Below, in pieces: positions 26,396 through 36,675 of a stretch of DNA of 64,000 nt; the first letter of the stretch is position 1, and each line of letters starts with the position of its first letter. Under the pieces are notes generated by a model. That model made no database searches and had not been told where the DNA came from. It saw only the letters and a list, made by a program, of their open reading frames with translations. The DNA is from Proteromonas lacertae (lineage: Eukaryota), in NCBI GenBank assembly GCA_002245135.1, contig NGBS01001164.1:186001-250000 (forward strand), read 5' to 3'. Made by a program: the position numbers and the translations under genes.

Positions 26396-29300
26396 ATGAC
26401 TATTAATGGAGAAAAAACAAAGGAGTTTGAATATAGATATATGTCTAACTTGGTTTTGCAAGCAGAACCAGACAGTGGTCGTGAAAGAGGTGGACCTACT
26501 GGTGAGGCAGATTCACTAAGAGGTACTGAACTGCATCCTATGGGTGATAAAGTGACACATGAAAAGCCACCTGGATTTGATGAGAAGAAAGAAAAGGCAA
26601 AAAAACGAAAAGCAATTGAACAAGAAAAACAAATAAAACTAAAGAAAAAAAGAGGTAATAAACTGGATGTTGACCATGAACATCGGTCAGTTCTTACTGA
26701 AGCATCTCACATAAACTCTGAAAGATATAGACCATTGACATCAGAAACTCAAGCTGCTTATGGTCAATTATTATCATTTGTAGAAGGAAAATTAGGAGAA
26801 GTTAACCAAGAGCAATTATGCGATGCTGCAGAAGAAGTTTTAGCAATTCTAAAATCAGACGACCCAAGTACCAAATTTAACCAATGTAAAGATTTACTAG
26901 AGACATTAACAGAAGATGAATACAATAATCTAATGAAACTATCAAGAGCTATTAATGATTTCCATTTAGAAGAAGAAATGGAACTAGATGACCCAGATGC
27001 TGAAGAAAGGAATGGTAATACAGAAGATGATTCAGTAGCAGTACGAATAGAAGAAGAAAGTGAAGAGAGTGAAGTGGATGAAATAGGAGATGATGATTCA
27101 ACAGATAGTTCAACTGATGATGATTCTTCTAATGAAAATAACATGTATGGTGCAGATGATCGAATTATAGAGAATAAGAATAAAATAGACAGTATTGAGC
27201 AAGATAAAGACATATTAAGAGCATCAGAAATTGATGCATTTTGGATTCAACGAGAGATTGATAAATATGTAAAAGATGCTGAGAAAAGCCATCAATTATC
27301 ACAAGAAATATTGAATTGTTTAAATGAAAACGATGAACGATCTCCCTTAGAAACTAAACTGGTAAAGATACTCGGAGTTGATAAGTTTCAATTGATTAGA
27401 TTATTATTAAATAATAGGAATAAAATATTATATATAACACTCTTAAAGCAAGCTCAAACTGAAGATGATAAGAAATTAATAATAGAGAGAATGGAGAATG
27501 ATATAAATGGAGATGGACCTGCAATATTAGAAGAATTGAATCAAACTACCAAAGCAGATACTTGGGAAAAAGAAAATGCCAAAAATTTGGAAAAGATCAC
27601 CAAATTAGAAGCAAAGAAATTGATTAAATATAATAAAGAAACTGATAATAATAATGATAATGATATTAGTATTAATAATATGAATATAAAATCAGTGTTT
27701 ACTGGTGAAGTAGATAGTTCAATAGTCTTAAAACCTCAATCTAATGTGAATCTTGATGATTTAACATTCACTCAAGGTAGTCACCTTCGTACAAATCGTA
27801 AATTCATATTACCCAAAGATGTATATAGAGAATCAAAGAAAGGATATGAAGAAATCCATGTTCCAATATTAAGACCACCAGATAGACAGCCAAATGAAAG
27901 AACAGTGTTAATATCCTCATTACCTGAATGGGCAAGAGTACCATTTGCTGGAATGAAAGAATTGAATAGAATTCAAAGTAAATTGTGTGATTTTGCATTG
28001 ACTCAACCTGATAATATGTTATTATGTGCTCCAACTGGTGCTGGCAAGACGAATGTAGCTGTATTGACGATATTACATGAAATAGGATTACATAGAAGAG
28101 AAGATGGTTCAATTGATAAAGATAAATTTAAGATTGTATATATTGCTCCAATGAAAGCGTTAGTTCAAGAAGTGGTGATTAATTTTACAGAGAGATTTAA
28201 AGATTATGGATTGTCAGTAAAAGAACTATCAGGTGATGCAACTTTAACAAAACAACAAATATCAGAAACACAGATAATTGTAACAACTCCTGAGAAATGG
28301 GATATTATAACCAGAAAGAATGGTGAAAGAACTTATACCCAATTAGTTCGATTAATAATAATAGATGAAATCCACTTATTACATGATGAAAGAGGTCCAG
28401 TATTAGAATGTATTGTAGCTAGAACATTAAGACAAATTGAATATACTCAGGAGTTAGTAAGATTAGTTGGTTTATCAGCAACATTACCAAATTATGAAGA
28501 TGTAGCAACTTTCTTAAGAGTTGATCCAAGTAAAGGATTATTCTACTTTGATAATAGTTATAGACCAGTTTCATTAGCACAACAATATATAGGTATAACA
28601 GAAACTAAAACAACAAAGAGATTACCATTAATGAATAGAATAACTTATGAAAAATGTCTAGAAGAAGCTGGTAAACACCAAGTATTAGTATTTGTTCATA
28701 CTCGTAAAGAAACAGGTAAAACTGCAAGAGCAATAAGAGATTTAGCATTAGAGAATGATACAATCAGTAGATTTATCAAAGAAGGATCAGCCACTAAAGA
28801 AATCTTACTATCTGAATCAGAAAAGAGTGTACAGAACTCCGAATTGAAAGATTTATTACCTTATGGTTTTGGTATTCATCATGCTGGTTTATCAAGAGAC
28901 GATAGATCGTTAGTAGAAGCATTATTTGCTAATAAACATATCCAAGTATTAGTTTGTACAATGACATTAGCTTGGGGTGTTAATCTACCAGCACATACTG
29001 TTATAATCAAAGGAACTCAGATGTATAGTCCAGCCAAGTCGTCCTGGGTAGAAATCAGTCCATTAGATGTAATGCAAATGATGGGAAGAGCAGGAAGACC
29101 ACAATTCGATAGTGAAGGTGAAGGTATTATAATTACATCACATAATGAACTGGATTTCTATTTAACATTGAATAATCAACAATTACCAATAGAATCTCAA
29201 TTTATTAGTCGATTAGCAGATAATTTGAATGCAGAGATAATAATGGGAAGTGTTCAAAATATGAATGATGCTGTTAATTGGTTAGGATATACGTATTTAT

Positions 29301-32300
29301 ATGTTCGAATGATAAGAAATCCAACATTGTATGGAATAAACAGTGAAATGATAGAGAATGATAAATACTTAAGACAAAGAAGAGTAGATATGATTCATGC
29401 AGCTGCAACATCATTAGCTAAGAGTGGATTAATCCATTATGATCCAAGAAATGGTTCATTCTTACCAACTCCACTTGGTAAAGTTGCAGCTCATTATTAT
29501 ATCATCCATCAATCAATGAATACTTATAATGAATATTTAAAACCTGAATTATCTGATATTGATTTATTCCGATTATTCTCTTTATCCCATGAGTTTAGAG
29601 ATATTATAATTCGTTTACAAGAAAGATTAGAAGTAGAAAAATTACTACAAAAAGTTCCAATTCCAGTAAAAGGCTCATCTGAAGATCCTCATGCCAAAGT
29701 GAATGTATTATTACAAGCATATATCAGTCGATTATCATTAAAAGGATTTGAAATCAATTCCGATTTATGCTATGTACAACAAAGTGCAGGTAGAATATTA
29801 AGAGCTATATTTGAAATAGCATTATATCGAGGATGGTCCTCTTTAGCAATAAAGACATTAACATTATGTAAAATGGTTGATAGAAGACAATGGTTAAGTC
29901 AAAGTCCATTACGACAATTCAGTGGTATAAAATTAGAGATAATAAAGAGATTAGAAAAGAAAGATTTAGAATGGGAAAAATATTTTGATTTACAACCTCA
30001 TGATTTAGGTGAATTAGTAAAGAATAATAAAGTTGGAAAAGATTTATATACATTAATACACAAATTCCCACGACTTACTATTGAAGCCAATTTCCAACCA
30101 ATCACTAGATCAACTTTAGCAATAGAATGTATAATACATTGTGATTTTATTTATGATTCTAAAATACATGGAAATAGTGAGAATTTCCATTTATTTGTGG
30201 AAGATGTAGATGGTGAAAAGATATTATATCATGAGTTCTTTAGTATCAAAGAGAAATATGCAGAAAATGATCATATAATGAACTTTACAGTCACCTTAAT
30301 GGATCCTTTGCCACCTCAATATTTTATTAGAATTGTATCTGATAAATGGTTACATAGTGAAACAGTATTACCTGTATCATTTAGACATTTAGTTTTACCT
30401 GAGAAATATCCACCACATACTGAATTATTAGATATGAGACCATTTAAAGTGAGTATATTTGGTAATAAAGAAATAGAAGAAATATATAAAGCTAGAAAAA
30501 TCGAAGTATTTAATCAAATTCAAACTCAAGTTTTCAGTACATTATATGAAGAAGATGTTAGTAGTTTGGTATGTTGTCCAGCTGGTAGTGGTAAAACAAT
30601 ATGTGCAGAGATGGCAATATTAAGATTGTTTAGAAATAGAATAAATGGTAATAATGTTGAGAATGAAATTAATAAATGTGTTTATATTAGTCCATTACAA
30701 TGTTTAGTTGATAATTTATATCCAATTTGGAATGTAATGTTTGGTAGAGAAGGGTGGAATATAAATGTAGTAAAACTAACAGGAGATGGTATAGTTGATA
30801 GAAAGTTAGTAAATGATGGTGAAATAATAATGGCAACACCTGAACAATGGGATATGATGAGTAGAAAATGGAAACAAAGAAGTGCATTACAACAAGTGAA
30901 TCTATTGATAGTTGATGAATTGCATGCGATAGGTGGAAATAAAGGTGCAACTTATGAGATGATAATCAGTAGAATGAGATATATGGCAACTCAATTGAAT
31001 AAACAGATTAGAATAATTGGTTTATCAGCTTCCTTAGCGAATGGTAAAACATTAGGATCTTGGTTAGGATGTAAATCACAAAGTATATTCAATTTCCATC
31101 CAAATGTTCGTCCAATTCCGTTAGAAATCTATATTCAAGGATTTGATATAAATATGTTTGGAATTCGAATGTTAGCAATGGGTAAACCTGCTTATAATAG
31201 TATAATCAGTGTGAGTGATAATGAAGGTGTTTTAATCTATGTTCCATCTGGTAAACAGTGTGAATTAACTGCAATTGATATGATAAGTTATGCTTCAGCT
31301 AATGATAAACCAAATCGATTTTTAAAAACCAGTGAAGAAGAAATTAATGTTTTAACAAAGAATGTGAAAGATATAGCATTAAAAGAAACGTTAATTCATG
31401 GAGTAGGTTTTTATGATGAAGGAATGAATGAAAATGATAAGAAATTAGTAAAATATTTATATGAAAATGATAAAATCCAAATATTAGTGGTTAGTAATAA
31501 TAGCTGTTATAGTTTAGATTTATACAGTCGAACTGTAGTAATAATGGATACTGTGTTTTATGATGGTAATGAACATCGGTATGTAGATTATGCGATGAGT
31601 GATATATTAGAAATGATGGGAAGATGTTGTCGTCAAAATGGAAGAGATATAAAAAGTAATTTAATACTATTATGCCATAGTTGTAAAAGAGAATATTATA
31701 AGAAATTTTTATATGAAGCATTACCAATCGAATCTCATTTAGATCATTTCTTACATGATCATTTGAATGCTGAGATCGTGAGTAAAACAATCGAATCAAT
31801 GGAAAGTGCAATAGATTTTCTGACATATACATTTTATTATCGTCGATTATCTCAAAATCCAAATTATTATAATATGGAAAGATTTACAAATGAACATATA
31901 TCTCAACACTTATCTGATTTAATCGAAAATACAATAAAAGATTTAGTAGAAACGAAATGTGTAGAATTTAATGAAGCAAGTGGTGAATTAAGTGGATTGA
32001 ATTTAGGTTTAATAAGTGCTTATTATTCAATCAATTATTTAACAATTGGAATGTTTGCTTCTTCTTTGAATGAGAAAGTGAAAATTCGTGGTTTAATCAA
32101 TATATTATCAGCTGCTAATGAATATAGTGAAATGATTGTACGACATCATGAAAGTGTAATACTTGAGAGAATGATTGATATTTTATATTGTTCAGTAGAG
32201 AATGAAGAAAAATCAAATCGAAAAGTGAATATATTATTACAAAGTCATATAAAACGTATAAAACTTCCAAATGAGTTGCGAAATGATTTGAAAGAAATTT

Positions 32301-32965
32301 TGAAGAATTCAGTTCGATTTATTGAAGCATTAGTGGATGTAATAACGTCGAATGGTTGGTTAAAGCCAGCGTTAGCTTGTATGGATTTAAGTCAAATGTT
32401 AAGTCAAGGAATGAGTGATAATGATAATATCTTATTACAAATTCCTCATTTTAATAATGAAATAATCGATCGATGTAAGAAAGAGGGTGTGTCCAATGTA
32501 AGTGATATATTAGAAATTGATGATGATGTTCGAAATAGAATTTTGTCTGGTTTAAGTGCAAAAGAAATCGAAGATGTTGCCTTATTTTGTAATAATTATC
32601 CTGATATAAATGTAGTATATTCAATCTTAGATAAAGATAAAATCGAAAAAGAAAGTGCAATAACAGTGGAAGTGATGTTAAGACGAGAGATAGAAGAAGA
32701 TGTCAGTGATGATAGTAATATAGGAATGGCAATTTGTCCTCGATTTGGAAGTAATAAAATCGAAAATTGGTGGATATTAATAGGTGATGCAGAAAGTAAT
32801 AATTTATTTAGTATAAAAAGAATCGTATTAAAATATGAAGGCCAATATAAATTGACGTTTAATGCTCCAGAAGAAAGTGGTAAATATAAATATAAGTTAT
32901 ATTTGGTAAGTGATAGTTACTTTGGTTGTGATCAAGAATTTGATATCGACTTTGAAGTGAAATGA
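26396..32965 (+). CDS. SNRNP200: U5 snRNP 200-kDa helicase Brr2
   Basis: 2189-aa intronless ORF: YRYMSNLVLQA, APTGAGKT, DEIH, GLSATLPN, MMGRAGRP, a second helicase cassette with Sec63 units, and YFGCDQE. Confidence 0.97.
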   Translation: MTINGEKTKEFEYRYMSNLVLQAEPDSGRERGGPTGEADSLRGTELHPMGDKVTHEKPPGFDEKKEKAKKRKAIEQEKQIKLKKKRGNKLDVDHEHRSVLTEASHINSERYRPLTSETQAAYGQLLSFVEGKLGEVNQEQLCDAAEEVLAILKSDDPSTKFNQCKDLLETLTEDEYNNLMKLSRAINDFHLEEEMELDDPDAEERNGNTEDDSVAVRIEEESEESEVDEIGDDDSTDSSTDDDSSNENNMYGADDRIIENKNKIDSIEQDKDILRASEIDAFWIQREIDKYVKDAEKSHQLSQEILNCLNENDERSPLETKLVKILGVDKFQLIRLLLNNRNKILYITLLKQAQTEDDKKLIIERMENDINGDGPAILEELNQTTKADTWEKENAKNLEKITKLEAKKLIKYNKETDNNNDNDISINNMNIKSVFTGEVDSSIVLKPQSNVNLDDLTFTQGSHLRTNRKFILPKDVYRESKKGYEEIHVPILRPPDRQPNERTVLISSLPEWARVPFAGMKELNRIQSKLCDFALTQPDNMLLCAPTGAGKTNVAVLTILHEIGLHRREDGSIDKDKFKIVYIAPMKALVQEVVINFTERFKDYGLSVKELSGDATLTKQQISETQIIVTTPEKWDIITRKNGERTYTQLVRLIIIDEIHLLHDERGPVLECIVARTLRQIEYTQELVRLVGLSATLPNYEDVATFLRVDPSKGLFYFDNSYRPVSLAQQYIGITETKTTKRLPLMNRITYEKCLEEAGKHQVLVFVHTRKETGKTARAIRDLALENDTISRFIKEGSATKEILLSESEKSVQNSELKDLLPYGFGIHHAGLSRDDRSLVEALFANKHIQVLVCTMTLAWGVNLPAHTVIIKGTQMYSPAKSSWVEISPLDVMQMMGRAGRPQFDSEGEGIIITSHNELDFYLTLNNQQLPIESQFISRLADNLNAEIIMGSVQNMNDAVNWLGYTYLYVRMIRNPTLYGINSEMIENDKYLRQRRVDMIHAAATSLAKSGLIHYDPRNGSFLPTPLGKVAAHYYIIHQSMNTYNEYLKPELSDIDLFRLFSLSHEFRDIIIRLQERLEVEKLLQKVPIPVKGSSEDPHAKVNVLLQAYISRLSLKGFEINSDLCYVQQSAGRILRAIFEIALYRGWSSLAIKTLTLCKMVDRRQWLSQSPLRQFSGIKLEIIKRLEKKDLEWEKYFDLQPHDLGELVKNNKVGKDLYTLIHKFPRLTIEANFQPITRSTLAIECIIHCDFIYDSKIHGNSENFHLFVEDVDGEKILYHEFFSIKEKYAENDHIMNFTVTLMDPLPPQYFIRIVSDKWLHSETVLPVSFRHLVLPEKYPPHTELLDMRPFKVSIFGNKEIEEIYKARKIEVFNQIQTQVFSTLYEEDVSSLVCCPAGSGKTICAEMAILRLFRNRINGNNVENEINKCVYISPLQCLVDNLYPIWNVMFGREGWNINVVKLTGDGIVDRKLVNDGEIIMATPEQWDMMSRKWKQRSALQQVNLLIVDELHAIGGNKGATYEMIISRMRYMATQLNKQIRIIGLSASLANGKTLGSWLGCKSQSIFNFHPNVRPIPLEIYIQGFDINMFGIRMLAMGKPAYNSIISVSDNEGVLIYVPSGKQCELTAIDMISYASANDKPNRFLKTSEEEINVLTKNVKDIALKETLIHGVGFYDEGMNENDKKLVKYLYENDKIQILVVSNNSCYSLDLYSRTVVIMDTVFYDGNEHRYVDYAMSDILEMMGRCCRQNGRDIKSNLILLCHSCKREYYKKFLYEALPIESHLDHFLHDHLNAEIVSKTIESMESAIDFLTYTFYYRRLSQNPNYYNMERFTNEHISQHLSDLIENTIKDLVETKCVEFNEASGELSGLNLGLISAYYSINYLTIGMFASSLNEKVKIRGLINILSAANEYSEMIVRHHESVILERMIDILYCSVENEEKSNRKVNILLQSHIKRIKLPNELRNDLKEILKNSVRFIEALVDVITSNGWLKPALACMDLSQMLSQGMSDNDNILLQIPHFNNEIIDRCKKEGVSNVSDILEIDDDVRNRILSGLSAKEIEDVALFCNNYPDINVVYSILDKDKIEKESAITVEVMLRREIEEDVSDDSNIGMAICPRFGSNKIENWWILIGDAESNNLFSIKRIVLKYEGQYKLTFNAPEESGKYKYKLYLVSDSYFGCDQEFDIDFEVK

Positions 32966-33038
32966 AGATGATATGTGAAGGAATTAAATAATATTAAAGA
33001 TGAAATAACTATTATTAGTTAATATAAATTGTTTTTTT

Positions 33039-33104
33039 ATAAAATACATAAATACAAATAAATACATAAATAATACATATTGTATTAAGTGTATTTGAAT
33101 GTTT
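33039..33104 (+). repeat. Left copy of a ~66-bp inverted repeat (5' flank and ATG of the pseudokinase-LRR gene)
   Basis: Matches the reverse complement of 43898-43966 apart from a 3-nt indel and one mismatch. Confidence 0.85.
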
Positions 33105-36100
33105 TTAAAAATTGATAAAGTAATCGAATGTTTGAGACAGAAATATTCAACAAATGTGAATGTATGAATATTAATTGATATATTGATGATAGGAATGTTT
33201 AATATTGAAAGAGAATGAAAAAGAGTTAAGTGTATTTAAAGAAGCTGAGAATAAATTGTTGAAGATATTGGATGTTGATGGAATTTCAAATAGTAATATA
33301 ATGTCATTAGTAGATAAATACAATTTAATGAGTGAGATTTGTGTCTCAAAGGTATTTGTATGTGAAATGATGTCAATCGGGTATAATGTGATGTTTTTGA
33401 TGAGAAGGTATTATAATATAGATTTAGAAGCGATAATTGAAAGTGGGAGACAATCAATTGTAGAAATTCCAAAATTGTTTCATGAAATATGTGATATTGT
33501 GATGATATTAAATGAATTTGATTTAGTGGTTGATAATTTGAAGAGTTCAAATGTAGTGTGTGAAAATGATGGTGAAATAAATCTATGTGATTTATATTTA
33601 AACAAATTGAGAAAAGATGATTTGAGAGTTTATGATGTATGTTTTAAATCTCCAGAAGAGTTGAATGGGTTAGAGTGTAATGATGGAAGTGTGATTTGGT
33701 CAATTGGATGTATTTTATATGAAATGATTTGTAAGAAATTACCATTCAATGATGATAATAATATATATAAAACTGTAAATAATATCCTGAGATGTAAATA
33801 CAGATTTGATATGAAATGTGATATTTCAATGATAGAAATGATAGAAAGAATGTTGAAATTGAAGGGTGAAGATAGAATAAGTTTAAAAGAGTTGAGAAAA
33901 GAAATGATAAAAATGAGTGAATTATCAAGAGAAAGTGATAATTATTTGATGATATATAAAGAAAGAAAAGAAATTATTTTCAAAATTGATTATGAAACTT
34001 ATAAACTACCAATAGTTTTTCCATATCAATGTATTAGAAAAAGTTCTCATTCGTGTGGTATATATAATAATAATATAATTTTTCTAATTGATATTATTGA
34101 ATAGAAATATTAAATTATCTTTTACATACATGTACTAATATAAAAAATGAAGGAATGTTATTATTGTTGATGATGCTGAAAATTCATAATTGGGATACAT
34201 TTGAGCATAAATGTAAAAATGGCAAAGTATATTACTTAAACAACATGATGAGTAATATTGATGTTGAATATATGAATGATGGAATAAATATATATATTAA
34301 ATCACTTTATCTATGTTTATGTGAAAAAGGAATAATGTTATTTTTCAAAATATTAAAAGAATACAATCCAAGAATGCTTAAATTCCGTATAATTTATCAT
34401 TTAATTCATTTAGAGAATGTAAATATTCCAGTTGAACAACAGTCATTATTTGGATTATTATTTTCTAAACTATCAAATCTTCAGAAATTAAAATTTGATG
34501 AATGTAATCTTACTTCTTATTTCTTTGAAACCTTTATGAAATCAATTCCATTTATGAATCTAAATCTATTATATTTTGATATTTGTATTGTTATTCAAAT
34601 ATTATATTATTTTGAAATAGCTAATCTGATTGGTTCAACAGCATTCAAACTATTACTTCCATATTTGCATTTATTAATCTTATTTAACAAAAAATTACTT
34701 ATTTCAAAAATGAATTTAGATGATGAATCAATGATATTATTATCAAAAGAATTACATAAATATCCAAATCTAGAAGTAATAGATATTAGAAGAAACAAAA
34801 ATATTCATTCAGTCGGATTAAAAGCATTATTCTCCAAATTTCCTATTTCAAATATTAGGTTTGATTTTAATGGAAGTAAAGAATTGATGATTGATAAAGA
34901 CATTCCGGAATTCATTGAATATAATTATGATTGGAGAAATGGTATAAATTTGAGCAAATTAGAAATTGATGATGATTTTGTGAAATCATTCATTTCTTTA
35001 AGATCAAATGAATTGAAAGAAATTAGAAAATTAGATTTGAATTGTATAATATGATATATTTCAATTGTTTAGCTAATAAACTAACATACAAAAGTGTAGA
35101 ATTAATAATTGACAATTTATCTTCATGTGAGAATCTTATGCATATTGAGTTATATGGAAATGAGATAGGAGATGAAGGAATGAAAATATTATCACCTCAT
35201 TTACATTTATTAAGCAGTGCTGATAGCCTACATTGTTCAAAAATGGGATTATCTTCAGTAGGATTAAAATATTTAATTGATGGTTTAAAGAATATAAACA
35301 AAAAAATAAAACTAAACATAAGTTACAATAATATAGATTCATTTGGAATAGAATATTTGATAAATTATGTAAAAGAGAATGATAAAATCACAATACTTTC
35401 AATTTATAGTATATTTAATATTGATTATTAATATATATCATAGATAATCCAATTTGTAATAATGGATTTAAATTTATATTTAACATTATAGAAATATTAA
35501 TGAGTGATGATGGAAAAATGAATTTGAGTAATATTTCAATTGATGATGAGTGTGTAATGTTATTAACAAAGATAATAAATTCAATTAAAAATTGTAAAAT
35601 AATAAATCTAAAAGGAAATAATATCAATATGAATGGATTAAAAGCAATTTGTTCAAAATTATTGAAAAAAGAAGAATATCCATTTATAGAAATGAAATGT
35701 TCATCATGGACAAAAAAAGAATTGAAATATTATTTGAATTATTGTGTTAAAAAGAAAAATGTTGATAAAAGATATGATTTTTCAAGTATAATATAATAAT
35801 GATAAAATAAAATAGATATGAATTTGAATGATTCTCATATATCATTAATTAAACATATTGATTATAAAATACTTGATTTATCCAACAACAAAATTACTTC
35901 AAAAGGATTCAAAGAATTAATGTATTACAAACCAACAGGTTGGTTGTTATTTCCAGATCTGTTAAGAATATTTGGTAATAAAATTGGAGATGAAGGAATA
36001 GAAATTATAAGTAGTTATTTAAGATTGTTTAGAGAATTTGTTAAATCAGATTGGAAAAATAGATACTCATTAAATCTATCAAGTATTTATTTACTTTATA

Positions 36101-36442
36101 ATTTTATAATGAATAGATATAGGAATGAGTGAAAGAGGATTGAAAATATTAATCGAAAATTTAAAAGAAAGATTAAAAGACCCAGAATATAAAGAAGAAG
36201 TATTTTGTGAAATTAATCTTTCAGGAAATGAATTAGATGAAAGAGGTTTAATATTAATGAAAGAAAATCATCATGTTTTATTTAGAGTAGATATATTATC
36301 AATAACATTGAAAGAGAATATAAACAAATCAGAATTGAAATCATTTATAAAGGCATTTTCTTCAATTAAAACAATAAAGTTAAATGGAATATCTGAAGAA
36401 GAAAAAAAAGAATTATCTAAAGAATTCTCATACATTCAATAA
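33099..36442 (+). CDS. Pseudokinase plus ribonuclease-inhibitor-like LRR protein (apparently intact copy)
   Basis: ATG 33099, intron 33162-33192. Kinase fold with VDNLKSSN / CDLY / KSPEE / WSIGCILYEM, then LxLxxNxIGDEG LRRs joined by phase-1 introns; TAA at 36440-36442. Confidence 0.85.
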
Positions 36443-36633
36443 ATAACCATATATTCACAATTAATATTACTATATTTCCATCCCTTTGTTAATTTGTTTT
36501 CTTATTGAGCAGCTGTATATAGTACCTTCATGTAACCATTACTATGCTACTATTTTATACATATATTTAATGAAAACAACTATTTACTTCTTATTTCGTT
36601 CTATTTCTTACTTCATTCATATTTATTTTGCAA

Positions 36634-36655
36634 AAGCTTGAAGCTTGAAGCTTGA
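36634..36655 (+). promoter_or_regulatory. Triple tandem AAGCTTG motif
   Basis: (AAGCTTG)x3 about 20 nt upstream of ATG 36676. Confidence 0.5.
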
Positions 36656-36675
36656 ATCAACGTATTAAAAAAAGT

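Noticed and set aside
27910..27920. ATATCCT matches in Brr2, also at about 33782, 37052 and 51373
   Set aside because: They lie inside uninterrupted reading frames with no need for splicing and no matched branch/3' site.
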